DNA of 53,044 bases from Bacteroidales bacterium (GCA_035403045.1 DAONEL010000004.1:1-53044); one strand, 5' to 3'. Positions 1 to 9,019 are shown, counted from the first letter of the stretch. A program made the numbers and translations. The notes: generated from the sequence alone by a model not told the origin.

Positions 1-40
1 CCCCTGGCTTCTACTCCTGATAACCATCAAGCTTAAATTT

Positions 41-76
41 AATTGACAATTGACAATTGACAATTGACAATTGTGC
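41..76. repeat. Tandem 8-bp repeat (AATTGACA) x4.5
   Basis: Read directly as aattgaca aattgaca aattgaca aattgaca attg. Each junction creates the palindrome CAATTG. It lies in a non-coding stretch downstream of the minus-strand response regulator gene. Confidence 0.9.
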
Positions 77-218
77 CACTAGCGCAGGCACCACTCCATT
101 AAGAAAGGTGCTCTGATTTTTTAGACCGGATAGCTATTGGGATCAATTGCCTCCTTCCCTTCACCACTTCATCATTTAGCGTTCATCATTCAACACTTAT
201 AATTGAACCCTCACCGCT

Positions 219-923
219 CTATCGCTTGAATAGTTTCGATTCAATTCTTCGCATAACGTCATCGCGGTGATTTTTGCTCAGCGGCAGCCTCCCGGCGGCA
301 GTGATAATTTCATTGCCATCAATGGTTTGTATGGCTGAAAGCGCCACCAGGTACGATTTATGGATACGCACAAAATTCTGTGAAGGAAGCTGTGCCTCAA
401 TCCCTGAAAAAGTGAGATATGTAATGTATTTCTTCTGCCGCGTGTGAACAATCACGTAGTTCGAAAGCGCTTCGATGTACACTACGTCCGAAAGGGTTAT
501 TTTTTCGATCTTGCCATTGCATTTTATGAAAAAGAAGTCATCGGCAGCTTCCTGCCCGGGTCCCCTGGAATTAAGATATGCCTGCGCTTTTTCCACCGAT
601 TTGAGAAACCGTGCAAACGATATCGGTTTCAGCAGGTAATCAACCACATCCAGTTCAAAGCTCTCAAGGGCATATTCAGAATAGGCCGTCGTAAAGATGA
701 TCAATGGCGGGTTGGCCAGGGCTTTTACAAATTCAATGCCGGTGATTTTGGGCATTTGTATGTCCATAAAAATCAGGTCGATCCTGCTCTTCTGAAGTAT
801 TCCCGCAGCTTCAGGGGCGCTTTTGCACAGCGCTACAGGATTCAGGTACTCAATTTGTCGGATGTATTCCAGCAACCCTTCGCGGGCAATGGGCTCATCA
901 TCTACTACAAGGCAATTAATCAT
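219..923 (-). CDS. LytTR-family two-component response regulator
   Basis: Track ORF 219..1040 trimmed to the ATG at 923 (MINCLVVDDEP; alternative ATG at 950). Receiver-domain motifs VVDDEP, DLIFMDIQMP and IIFTTAY are followed by a C-terminal LytTR-type DNA-binding region (IVHT..., FVRIHKSYLV). The start overlaps the stop of the upstream kinase (916..918) by 8 nt. Confidence 0.9.
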   Translation of the reverse strand: MINCLVVDDEPIAREGLLEYIRQIEYLNPVALCKSAPEAAGILQKSRIDLIFMDIQMPKITGIEFVKALANPPLIIFTTAYSEYALESFELDVVDYLLKPISFARFLKSVEKAQAYLNSRGPGQEAADDFFFIKCNGKIEKITLSDVVYIEALSNYVIVHTRQKKYITYLTFSGIEAQLPSQNFVRIHKSYLVALSAIQTIDGNEIITAAGRLPLSKNHRDDVMRRIESKLFKR

Positions 924-1977
924 GACACTGTAATCTGAGGGTTGTTTCATAAATGATTCCGTTTTCGGCGACCACGAGCGAATGAGTTCCGGGGTAAAGC
1001 AGCAACAGCCTTCGCTGCATGTTTTTAAGTCCGACGCCATTTGAATCCGACGAGCGCATGTCCCTGTCAGTCTTGTTAAACGTATTCATCACGCTGACTA
1101 CCAGCTCTTTTTCGGGTGACATGCTGATGGAAATGTGCAGCATGTTTTGTGAAGGATCTTTATGATTTGAAATGAATTTGAAGGCATTTTCAATCAATGG
1201 CAGGATGAGCAAAGGGGCTATTTTAAAAGAGCTGATGTCTTCGCGAATATCTATTTGCAGATCGGTGCCTTCTTCCATGCGCAACTGCTGAATGGCGACA
1301 TAATTGCGTATATACAACAGCTCTTTGGCAATATCAATCATATCGGTATTGCAGTCGTAGAGCTGGTAACGCAGCATCTCCGAAAATTTCTCAACAGAGC
1401 TCCTGGCCCCGCTGTTTTCCTTCTGAATCTGGAAGTAAATGGTGTTTAATACGTTGAACAGGAAATGCGGATTGATTTGTGCCCTGAGAAACGACAGTTC
1501 ATTGCTTATTTTTTCACTCTCCGCCTTGTGCAGCTCCTGTTCAATGCCAAACTTGTCGGTAATTATTTTGATGGCAGAGCTCGTGATGATCACAACACTG
1601 TTGATGATGAAAATAAGCGGCGCTATGATTATGATAAACCTTGTATTTAAAATTAGCGGCTTCTCACTTAATAATGAATATAGTCCCCCGCCGATCACAA
1701 AGGTTAATAAAGAACTGATAATGGCCATGAGCGCCATGGCGCTGATGAAAGTCCCGAATTTCTTCTGATATAAATATCGCGGTACCAGTACTTTGGCTCC
1801 AAAATATGCCGGAAAGGCTGAAAGCCCTGTTATTACAAAGGTCGAGATCAACTGCCTGTAAAATGGAGCAGAGTAGTCATAGTAAAGAAAGAGCAGGAAA
1901 AAAGTAAGGATGATCCATAAAAGGATGTAAATACCTGTCCGGGCGAGCCTCAGTTTACGGTCCATAATACAACTCAT
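916..1977 (-). CDS. Sensor histidine kinase, LytS/YehU-type (His_kinase + HATPase_c)
   Basis: The N-terminal half is hydrophobic and multi-helix. The signature FLRAQINPHFLFNVLNTI is typical of 2-component sensor kinases that pair with LytTR regulators. A C-terminal ATPase G-box is present (NGVGLKNMQRRL). ATG at 1977, with an alternative ATG at 1965. Confidence 0.88.
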   Translation of the reverse strand: MSCIMDRKLRLARTGIYILLWIILTFFLLFLYYDYSAPFYRQLISTFVITGLSAFPAYFGAKVLVPRYLYQKKFGTFISAMALMAIISSLLTFVIGGGLYSLLSEKPLILNTRFIIIIAPLIFIINSVVIITSSAIKIITDKFGIEQELHKAESEKISNELSFLRAQINPHFLFNVLNTIYFQIQKENSGARSSVEKFSEMLRYQLYDCNTDMIDIAKELLYIRNYVAIQQLRMEEGTDLQIDIREDISSFKIAPLLILPLIENAFKFISNHKDPSQNMLHISISMSPEKELVVSVMNTFNKTDRDMRSSDSNGVGLKNMQRRLLLLYPGTHSLVVAENGIIYETTLRLQCHD

Positions 1978-2205
1978 TCTTGACGAGCCAATTTAAATCA
2001 AAATTTAGTTAGTCCTTTTCCTGATAATCAAGAAAATCATTCACTTCATCAATAAACAGCATCCACTGGCGTAATTACATTTTCGGGTTGCTGCCGGTTG
2101 GGTAATTTTAGCCTCATGCTACGGCTGATCCTGCTGGTGTCTGAACATAAATTTAACACAACAATCAATATGACCCTGATGACTGATTCCGGACATTCAA
2201 TTCTG

Positions 2206-4215
2206 ATGAAGATAGGTGCTTTTTTAACCTTGTTACTTTTCATGTTGCAGGGGTTTATTGTTCAGTCACAAATAATACAGCCCCGGACTGATTATGGTGC
2301 AATGCTGGAACCGAAAGGCAGGATTATCAATGGTGCAGGACAGGACCTTGCCGGATACAATAATTACTGGGACGTGATGCACAGCCAGGGTAAGCCTGTG
2401 ATTTACATGACATACCTGGGAGTGAAAACTGTAACTTCCGACTGGTCAACCGGCCTCAAAGCCGATCTGATGTCGCATCCTGATAAGTTCCTGGTTCCCC
2501 AGATCGGGCTTTCCATGGCATCCGACGGAACGCCGTCATCACATTACGAGCAGGATGTAGCGGCAGGTTTGTACGATGATCAGATTCTGATGTTCATCGA
2601 AGGCTTAAAATCACTGGCCTTCCCGGCTTATGTCCGTATCGGGTATGAGTTTAACGGTACCCTTTGGAACGGCTACGAGACCGAAACATACAAAGCGGCA
2701 TTCAGGCGGATAACAGACATGATACGTGCCAGCGGTGTTGAAGCGGCCACTGTGTGGGATTTTTCCATGGACGGTGTTATGAATTATATGGATTATTATC
2801 CCGGCGACAGTTATGTTGACTGGTGGGCAATCAACCTGTTCTCGGCAAGTCATTTTACCGACTCCTACGCGCAGAGTTTCATGGAAGATGCCAACTCGCA
2901 TAACAAACCGGTGATGATAGGTGAAACCACTCCGCGCTATGTGGGGGTGCTTGACGGGCAGCAAAGCTGGAATAGCTGGTTTGCACCATTCTTTACATTC
3001 ATTCATAATTACCCGGGATTAAAAGCATTCAGCTACATTAACTGGGATTGGTCGCAATACCCGCAATGGTGGAACTGGGGAGATGCCCGGATAGAGCAGA
3101 ATGCCTATGTCGGTGGCGCTTTTGCATCCGAAATGGACTCGGCAAAATATCTTCATGCTTCAGGTGAGCATGATTTCAGGAAAACCTTCGGACTGGCAGA
3201 TAATACGGCGCCAACAGTGCCGGGGACAGTCACTGTGGACCAGTCAGTATTCCCGTTTCAACTAAACTGGGATAATGTGAGCGATCCCTCAGGGTTGTCG
3301 CATTACATTATTTATAAACACGGTGTGCTTTCTGATTACTCATTCGTTTCGCCCTGGTTTGATCAAAATATTGCTGCCGGCGATACAATCACTTATGCAG
3401 TGTCGGCAATGGACCGCGCCGGAAACGAAAGTCAGCAGACAGCGAAGCTTAAAATCACGGTTCCTTCGCCGGTTGAGAAAGCGCTGAACGGTGAATTCGA
3501 TCATGGCTTACAGAACTGGATACTTTCAACATACGATGCAGCCGTGGCTTCGGTGGTAATTGATCCCGGATCGGTGCTTTCAGGGCCAAACTCGTGCAAA
3601 GTTACTCTCAGCCAGACTACCGGTACCGATTGGCATGCCCAACTGTGGCAATGGCTTTCAGTGTATAAAGGGCGCAAGTATAAGGTCACTTATGAGGCCA
3701 AAGCCAGTACCGAAAAGGATATCAGGCTTGTAATACAGCAGGCAGCCTCGCCATATCATTTGTATTATTATCAAACGCATCATCTCAATGCCGGGGTTCA
3801 AAGCTTCACCGATACAGTGACAATCTCAGTGAACGATCAGGCCCGGCTTGCATTCATGGTAGGAACGACGACGACGGGAATGGTTTGGATTGACAATGTT
3901 ACAATAAGCGAATCAGTTCCTGCATCGTTCGGAACAGGTGATGAACCGGAGATGAACCCGGCACTCAGTGTTTATCCCAATCCCTGCAGGGGAATAGCCG
4001 GTATTAATTTCATGAATGCCGTGCCGGGATTTGTTTCACTAAGCATTGCCGATGCCAACGGAAAAATGGTGGCAACTCTCGTGAATGAGAAAAAAGGTGC
4101 GGGAACATTTTCAGCGCAATGGAATGCAGCAGGTCAGGCCCCGGGCATCTATTTCTGCATTTTAAAAAGCGGGAAGGCAACAAAGATTCAGAAAATACTG
4201 CTTCTCCATGAGTAG
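2206..4215 (+). CDS. Secreted glycoside hydrolase (GH26-like catalytic domain) + Fn3-like + CBM4/9-like + type A T9SS C-terminal sorting domain
   Basis: The track ORF starts at a TTG (2098). The ATG at 2206 gives a clean signal peptide (MKIGAFLTLLLFMLQGFIVQSQ); alternatives are 2170 and 2179. GH26-like motifs are RIGYEFNG..W, YYPGDSYVDWW and VMIGETT. An Fn3-like segment follows, then a carbohydrate-binding-like segment (NGEFDHGLQNW...WIDNVTISE). The tail is LSVYPNPCRG...IYFCILKSGKATKIQKILLL. Confidence 0.8.
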   Translation: MKIGAFLTLLLFMLQGFIVQSQIIQPRTDYGAMLEPKGRIINGAGQDLAGYNNYWDVMHSQGKPVIYMTYLGVKTVTSDWSTGLKADLMSHPDKFLVPQIGLSMASDGTPSSHYEQDVAAGLYDDQILMFIEGLKSLAFPAYVRIGYEFNGTLWNGYETETYKAAFRRITDMIRASGVEAATVWDFSMDGVMNYMDYYPGDSYVDWWAINLFSASHFTDSYAQSFMEDANSHNKPVMIGETTPRYVGVLDGQQSWNSWFAPFFTFIHNYPGLKAFSYINWDWSQYPQWWNWGDARIEQNAYVGGAFASEMDSAKYLHASGEHDFRKTFGLADNTAPTVPGTVTVDQSVFPFQLNWDNVSDPSGLSHYIIYKHGVLSDYSFVSPWFDQNIAAGDTITYAVSAMDRAGNESQQTAKLKITVPSPVEKALNGEFDHGLQNWILSTYDAAVASVVIDPGSVLSGPNSCKVTLSQTTGTDWHAQLWQWLSVYKGRKYKVTYEAKASTEKDIRLVIQQAASPYHLYYYQTHHLNAGVQSFTDTVTISVNDQARLAFMVGTTTTGMVWIDNVTISESVPASFGTGDEPEMNPALSVYPNPCRGIAGINFMNAVPGFVSLSIADANGKMVATLVNEKKGAGTFSAQWNAAGQAPGIYFCILKSGKATKIQKILLLHE

Positions 4216-4299
4216 GTAAAAAAGATACCCGATGAAATAAAAGAAAACATCAATAATGATAATTCACGGAATCATTAAATTCTATTTAAACAGATCATT

Positions 4300-5046
4300 A
4301 TGAGAAGTGTAAACCGAATTTTAATGCTGTCGTTACTACTGACTGGCTTTTTAGCCGTTTTTATCAGCAGTTGTAAAAAGGACGAAGATACTCCGCCACA
4401 GGATACCGGCACTGTGACTGACCGTGATAACAATGTTTACCACACGGTAAAAATCGGGAGCTATGTTTGGATGGTGGAGAACCTGCGGGTGACACATTAT
4501 AATGATGGCAGCCCTATTCTGAACCTGGACGACAATACCGCATGGCAAAATGACACAACAGGGGCATACTGCTGGTATGGCAATGATGCTGCGTCAGCCG
4601 CAGGCAATCCTTATGGCGGACTTTACAACTGGTATGCTGTGAACAGCGGGAAACTCTGTCCGGCAGGCTGGCACATACCCACCATGCAGGAGTGGGATAA
4701 CCTTACCTCATACTCGGGTGGCACCAGTGGAACGGGTGGCGCCGGTGGCACGAGTGGCGAGACTTCAGGAAGTGCTTTGAAAGAAGCCGGTACTGAGCAT
4801 TGGAATGCTCCCAATACCGGTGCTACCAATAGCAGCGGATTCACGGCAGTGGCCGGGGGATACCGTTATAGCAACGGAGAATTCAGGAGTTTGAAAGATG
4901 CCGCTTGCTGGTGGTGTTCCAGTGAGGACTATTCAGGTAAGGTGTACATGTTTTACCTGTCGTACAACAGTGAAGCGATGAGCGGAGGGCAGGCGGGAAA
5001 AGGAGCGGGATTGTCAGTCCGCTGTGTTAAAGATGTAACTCCCTGA
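4300..5046 (+). CDS. FISUMP-domain lipoprotein (Fibrobacter succinogenes major paralogous domain)
   Basis: Lipobox FISSC. Family motifs are YHTVKIGSYVWMVENL, GGLYNWYAV, CPAGWHIPTMQEWDNL, GFTAVAGGYR and SVRCVKD. A Gly/Ser/Thr-rich insertion (SGGTSGTGGAGGTSGETSGS) sits mid-domain. Confidence 0.85.
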   Translation: MRSVNRILMLSLLLTGFLAVFISSCKKDEDTPPQDTGTVTDRDNNVYHTVKIGSYVWMVENLRVTHYNDGSPILNLDDNTAWQNDTTGAYCWYGNDAASAAGNPYGGLYNWYAVNSGKLCPAGWHIPTMQEWDNLTSYSGGTSGTGGAGGTSGETSGSALKEAGTEHWNAPNTGATNSSGFTAVAGGYRYSNGEFRSLKDAACWWCSSEDYSGKVYMFYLSYNSEAMSGGQAGKGAGLSVRCVKDVTP

Positions 5047-5140
5047 CAGAACTGTTTTTTTACTTTACGTCATTGATAAACCTTCGGTTCAGTAATACGG
5101 CCGGGGAATCAAATGGTAATAACCCAAATAAATCAAATGC

Positions 5141-5692
5141 ATGAAAACAAAATTATTCTTCCTTTCAGCCCTGTTCATCACAGGGATTATGACAGTGCAG
5201 GCACAGGACTATTCTTTCCTTAAAGGGGATAAAGTGCTGAACGTTGGATATGGGATTGGCGATTATAGTTCGCATTCATATAGTGTCAGATTCCCGCCGG
5301 TTTCCGCTTCTTTTGAATATGGCATTCTGTCAATGTTTCACGGTAAGGGTGCATTGGGAGTAGGCGCATACCTTGGATACGGAGGGTACAGAAGAGACTA
5401 CAGTTACAGTGATTACAGAACAATTAGCAAGTGCAACATAGGTGTAAGAGGCCTGGTACATTTCCCATTGTACGAAAAGCTCGACACATATGCGGGGCTA
5501 ACCCTAGGCAACCACCTGGACTATTGGGTTGATCATGATGCCGGATACCCGGATTATAAGAACCATGACAGAACGATTGCCGCCTCTTTATTTATCGGAG
5601 GCAGGTATTATTTTACTAAAAGTCTTGCGGCTATGGCTGAGTTAGGCCTGGGAATCATGGCGGTGAACATTGGTGTGGCCTGGAAATTATGA
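5141..5692 (+). CDS. Small outer-membrane beta-barrel protein (hypothetical)
   Basis: Signal peptide MKTKLFFLSALFITGIMTVQAQ. Alternating aromatic/Gly-rich strands are present. The aromatic-rich C-terminus (VNIGVAWKL) is typical of OM barrels. Confidence 0.7.
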   Translation: MKTKLFFLSALFITGIMTVQAQDYSFLKGDKVLNVGYGIGDYSSHSYSVRFPPVSASFEYGILSMFHGKGALGVGAYLGYGGYRRDYSYSDYRTISKCNIGVRGLVHFPLYEKLDTYAGLTLGNHLDYWVDHDAGYPDYKNHDRTIAASLFIGGRYYFTKSLAAMAELGLGIMAVNIGVAWKL

Positions 5693-5747
5693 GGGTGATC
5701 TGCTGATATTATTATGCATTGAATACACCATTGAATTTAAAAGAATA

Positions 5748-5768
5748 AGCCGCTTTTCGGGCGGCTTT
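5748..5768. terminator. Rho-independent terminator hairpin between convergent genes
   Basis: AAGCCGC (5748-5754) pairs with GCGGCTT (5762-5768), followed by a T-rich tract (cttaattttttt). It lies between the 3' ends of 5141..5692 (+) and 5803..6267 (-). Confidence 0.7.
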
Positions 5769-5802
5769 CTTAATTTTTTTCATGCAGCTTGTTTGGTTGA
5801 AT

Positions 5803-6267
5803 TTACCTGATGCACTGGCTCAGGTCGACCAATGAAAGGTCAGTATTGGTGAGATTTGCTCCCAGCAGGTTGGCGCCTGTAAGGTCAGCGCCTTCGAGTA
5901 TGGCGCCTCTCAGGTCGGCCTGGCTGAGATCGGCGTTGCTGAGATTAGCCTCTGTAAGATCGGCACCGCTGAGGTTGGCGCCGCACAGCAAAGCCCTGTA
6001 GAGGATGGCGCCTTTGAGATTCGCTTTGCTGAGGTTGCAGTAACGCAGGTTAGCCTTTTTAAGATTGGCATTCGAGAGGTTCACTCCTTCAAGATTCACT
6101 TGTTCGAGATTCACTTCGCTCAGATCAACCGACTCAAAATCACCATATCGCAGGTCGATTTCACGGATATTTCTCCGGCTTAAAAGTAATATGAGCTCGT
6201 TTTTATTGACCACTGGTATAACTTCTAAGGGTTGGGTTCGATGATTCCGTTTCTTTCTTTTCTGCAC
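5803..6267 (-). CDS. Pentapeptide-repeat protein
   Basis: About 20 consecutive A(D/N)LxX pentapeptides (ANLSNADLSQADLRGAILEGADLTGANLLGANLTNTDLS). The start at 6267 is GTG and there is no in-frame ATG, so the N-terminus is uncertain. Confidence 0.8.
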   Translation of the reverse strand: MQKRKKRNHRTQPLEVIPVVNKNELILLLSRRNIREIDLRYGDFESVDLSEVNLEQVNLEGVNLSNANLKKANLRYCNLSKANLKGAILYRALLCGANLSGADLTEANLSNADLSQADLRGAILEGADLTGANLLGANLTNTDLSLVDLSQCIR

Positions 6268-6649
6268 AGCCGGCGCACTCAGCCGGATTTATTCGTAATA
6301 GAAGATGGATTTTAAACCGTGGCAGTTATGGAAGTGAGAAGGGTTTAAGAGAAAAGCGAATTTATAGCTTTTGGTGCCGGTTGCAACAAGGGATCAATAA
6401 AACATATCAACAGTTTAGGTACAATTCATTAACAATCTGCCGCGTGTATCAATGAGCCATTACACAGACCTGATGGTGTAGCGGCTTCCTCCGGGCAGAT
6501 ATACCTTTTTTTACGTGAAACGAGAAGGAGTGAAAAACTGCCTCAATTGCGATATTCTTCTTCCTGAGGCAGGTCTCGTGTTGTTAACAGCAAAAATTAA
6601 GCCGGAAAGCGATTGACGCCACCGGCTCATTGCTTGTTCACGGTAATAT

Positions 6650-7384
6650 TTACCGGATAAAGCTCCTGATCTCCGAATCGAAATCTTCCGTTATGTCGCT
6701 CCATTCATCCAGCAAATTCTGCCAGCTGTTGGCTCCATAGAGCTTTTCGTAAGTGTCTTTTACACCCGGGTCTTTCGCCCAGCTGTCGTAGGAATTAAAA
6801 TTCCACACAATACCTACATCGGGACCGCCGGCTTCATGAAAAACAGCATTGTAAACCACGAAGGAGGTCGTTCCCAGCAATTCATATGCTTTCTTCAGTT
6901 TTTCAGCCAGGGCTTTAAACCTGTAATACTGCCCCTTCTTTAAATCCACTTTCCACACTTCAACATACTTGGTGGTTTTCAGGAAATCCAGTCCGTAGGA
7001 AAGATCCTGGTTGAGTTCCCACAGGCGGGTTTCACCGTATGTTTCAACCAGCGGGTCAACAGTTGATGACCAATCGGCTTCATGACCGCCTTCTTTGCCT
7101 GGCCGTGTATCGAGTGCAGAATAGCTGGCAGGCCCGAATACCCAAAGATACCAGCCGGCTTTCGATCCATACTCCACCTTCCTCAGGCCGGCTTTGTAAG
7201 GCCCGTCGGGATGAAATTTAACGATGTGAGCTTTCACTGCGGCTTCAAATTTGTCTTCCATACCCCGCTTGGGCATGAGATACATGGTTTCGGAAATCAC
7301 GGCAGGTTTTTCAGCTGCCGGCTGAGCAAAAACACTGCCAATAAATAACAGCGCCATGATTGTAAGCATAGATGTCTTTTTCAT
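6650..7384 (-). CDS. Secreted hypothetical protein, apparent internal two-domain duplication
   Basis: Track ORF trimmed to the ATG at 7384, which gives the signal peptide MKKTSMLTIMALLFIGSVFAQ. No family recognised. Confidence 0.65.
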   Translation of the reverse strand: MKKTSMLTIMALLFIGSVFAQPAAEKPAVISETMYLMPKRGMEDKFEAAVKAHIVKFHPDGPYKAGLRKVEYGSKAGWYLWVFGPASYSALDTRPGKEGGHEADWSSTVDPLVETYGETRLWELNQDLSYGLDFLKTTKYVEVWKVDLKKGQYYRFKALAEKLKKAYELLGTTSFVVYNAVFHEAGGPDVGIVWNFNSYDSWAKDPGVKDTYEKLYGANSWQNLLDEWSDITEDFDSEIRSFIR

Positions 7385-7746
7385 ATGAATCTGATTTTGG
7401 TTAGTGATTGTTTTAAAAACAGCCAGGCAGACACTAATGTTTAGAATAAATCTAAATAACAATCCGTAATTATTCCAATAAATACTTGAAAGACAGTGTT
7501 ATCAGGCAGTTCGGTAAATGCCGGAACTGTAATTTAGAATGGTTGTTGGTTATTTTCTTGCAGTAAACACAAGCACAGCAGCTTATGCCGCGACTGATAG
7601 CCAGATTTGAGCCTCAGGGAACAACTGGCAGCATATACCCAATCATAAACAGTGCATTGCAGGCGGGCACCTCCCGTTTTGAAAGTCTCAACGAAAAATA
7701 ATCCTACCTTTAAAGTAATTTTCACGTTCATTCGTCTACAAAGTAT

Positions 7747-8310
7747 ATGGACGAATTAATGGTTTTACCGATGGCGCAACGGCAGCAAAGGATCCTGGAT
7801 GCTGTTCAGAATTACAGAAATCGTCTGTTCAGTTTTATACGCAGCCGCGTTCAAAACAACGAAGACGCCGAAGATATTCTGCAGGATGTATGGTACAGGC
7901 TCAGTTCTCTAAGCGACATTGAACCCATCGAACAGCTGAGTTCCTGGCTTTACCGGTTAAGCCGAAACAGGATCATCGATAAAAAGCGTAAACACAAAAC
8001 ACTTTCGCTCGAAGATCTTGCTTACGAAAATGAAGACGGAGAAAAGGTATATCCGGAAACGCTGCTGATTGGCACCATTGACCCCGAGCCAGAATTTGAA
8101 AGAGCATATTTGATGGAGCTGTTTTTTGAGGCACTGAATGAATTGCCCGAAAAACAAAGGAATGTGCTTGTGTGGAATGAGCTGGAAGATTTAACGCTGC
8201 AGGAGATCGCTGATAAAACCGGTGAAAGCATTAAAACGATCATATCACGAAAGCGTTACGCAATTGCGTATTTGCGTAAGCGGCTTCAGGAAATTTACAA
8301 CGAATATTAA
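7747..8310 (+). CDS. ECF-type RNA polymerase sigma-70 family factor
   Basis: Region 2 motifs are AEDILQDVWYRL and WLYRLSRNRIIDKKRK. The region 4 HTH is LTLQEIADKTGESIKTIISRKRYA. Confidence 0.9.
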   Translation: MDELMVLPMAQRQQRILDAVQNYRNRLFSFIRSRVQNNEDAEDILQDVWYRLSSLSDIEPIEQLSSWLYRLSRNRIIDKKRKHKTLSLEDLAYENEDGEKVYPETLLIGTIDPEPEFERAYLMELFFEALNELPEKQRNVLVWNELEDLTLQEIADKTGESIKTIISRKRYAIAYLRKRLQEIYNEY

Positions 8311-8329
8311 CAATTAAAACTTAAAAATC

Positions 8330-8683
8330 ATGATGTGTTGTGGACAAGAAAGGGACGCAGGTTTCTGGATTAAAAGAGCTTTTTTCATCCCATTGGCAAT
8401 TGCAGCCGGAATATTCATCTTCGGCGGCGTTGTTATGCTGCTGTGGAACTGGTTACTCCCGGCAATATTCGGTTTCGGTACCATTACCTTCTGGCAGGCC
8501 CTCGGAATCCTTGTGCTGTCAAAAATCCTGTTCAGCGGATTCAGGGGCGGACATAGCCATTACAAACACCAAAAAGATGGCTACTACCAGAGAGAAAAAT
8601 GGATGCATCTCACCCCTGAAGAAAGGGAGAAGATGAAAACCGAATGGAAAAACCGCTGTACGCCACCGGCTAAAGAGGAATAA
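8330..8683 (+). CDS. Small membrane protein co-oriented with the ECF sigma gene (function unknown)
   Basis: It starts 19 nt after the sigma gene. Two hydrophobic helices are followed by a basic, His-rich cytoplasmic tail (GGHSHYKHQKDGYYQREKW). No zf-HC2 anti-sigma motif is seen. Confidence 0.6.
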   Translation: MMCCGQERDAGFWIKRAFFIPLAIAAGIFIFGGVVMLLWNWLLPAIFGFGTITFWQALGILVLSKILFSGFRGGHSHYKHQKDGYYQREKWMHLTPEEREKMKTEWKNRCTPPAKEE

Positions 8684-8781
8684 CCCTTTGCCTTATCCCC
8701 CGGTGTAAAAGGGGAGCATTACCTGCTTTCCGGCATTTGAAAGTGCCTGCAAAAAATCACTCCGGTGAAAATGGACTAATT

Positions 8782-8818
8782 GAAAATGGCCGCCCTCAAA
8801 GCGGTCATTTTCAATTTT
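8782..8818 (+). terminator. Rho-independent terminator
   Basis: GAAAATGGCCGC (8782-8793), loop CCTCAAA, then GCGGTCATTTTC (8801-8812). This is a 12-bp stem with one G-T pair, followed by AATTTT. Confidence 0.7.
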
Positions 8819-9019
8819 GGATTCTCTCCAATCACCAACCGTTAATGTTTGAAAGAAAATGTTAAAGGCAATACTAACAGGTTTTTGGTTGAACTTACTC
8901 TCTCTCTTTAGTAGTAATCAGGCTTAAAGAGGTGCATTCACAATGCATGCTAACTGACAGAGGCATGATACATTTAAAATTTCACTAACTTAACACCCAC
9001 ATTCACAATACAACCAGCT

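Noticed and set aside
41-76. Possible CRISPR array or IS terminal repeat at the tandem AATTGACA block.
   Set aside because: The units are 8 bp with no spacers, and no cas or transposase genes are present. It is a microsatellite, not a CRISPR array or a mobile-element end.
444-938. 164-aa plus-strand ORF antisense to the response-regulator gene. Similar antisense ORFs occur within other confident genes (1255..1768, 2611..3006, 14034..14891, 23382..23813, 24476..25033, 28937..29416, 33436..34803).
   Set aside because: Each lies opposite a gene with clear family motifs and has no recognisable motifs, signal or promoter of its own. They are treated as spurious.
4716-4775. Gly/Thr/Ser-rich insertion (SGGTSGTGGAGGTSGETSGS) in the FISUMP lipoprotein, with the near-repeat GGTGGCACnAGTGG twice, considered as a slippage or phase-variation tract.
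   Set aside because: The nucleotide repeats are short, imperfect and in-frame. It most likely represents a flexible linker insertion, and there is no homopolymer or perfect tandem tract capable of frame switching.
5810-6001. Plus-strand ORF rich in Ala/Pro/Ser/Leu/Arg, antisense to the pentapeptide-repeat gene.
   Set aside because: It is the mirror image of the 15-nt periodic pentapeptide coding repeat. Periodicity alone keeps the frame open.
7534-7731. 65-aa minus-strand ORF in the divergent gap upstream of the ECF sigma gene.
   Set aside because: It has no motif, no signal peptide and no promoter box, and its composition is odd (Cys/Leu/Gln-rich). The region is more likely regulatory DNA. 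I also looked for an ECF-type GAAAC...CGTC promoter here and found only a CGTCTA at 7733..7738, too close to the ATG to call.
8684-9019. A 336-bp leader upstream of the molybdoenzyme genes, checked for a Moco-type riboswitch or other structured RNA.
   Set aside because: Apart from the terminator at 8782..8818, there are only short, weak hairpins (TCCCC/GGGGA at about 8696..8715 and the GCATT..AATGC palindrome near 8933..8950). I cannot recognise a conserved riboswitch core.
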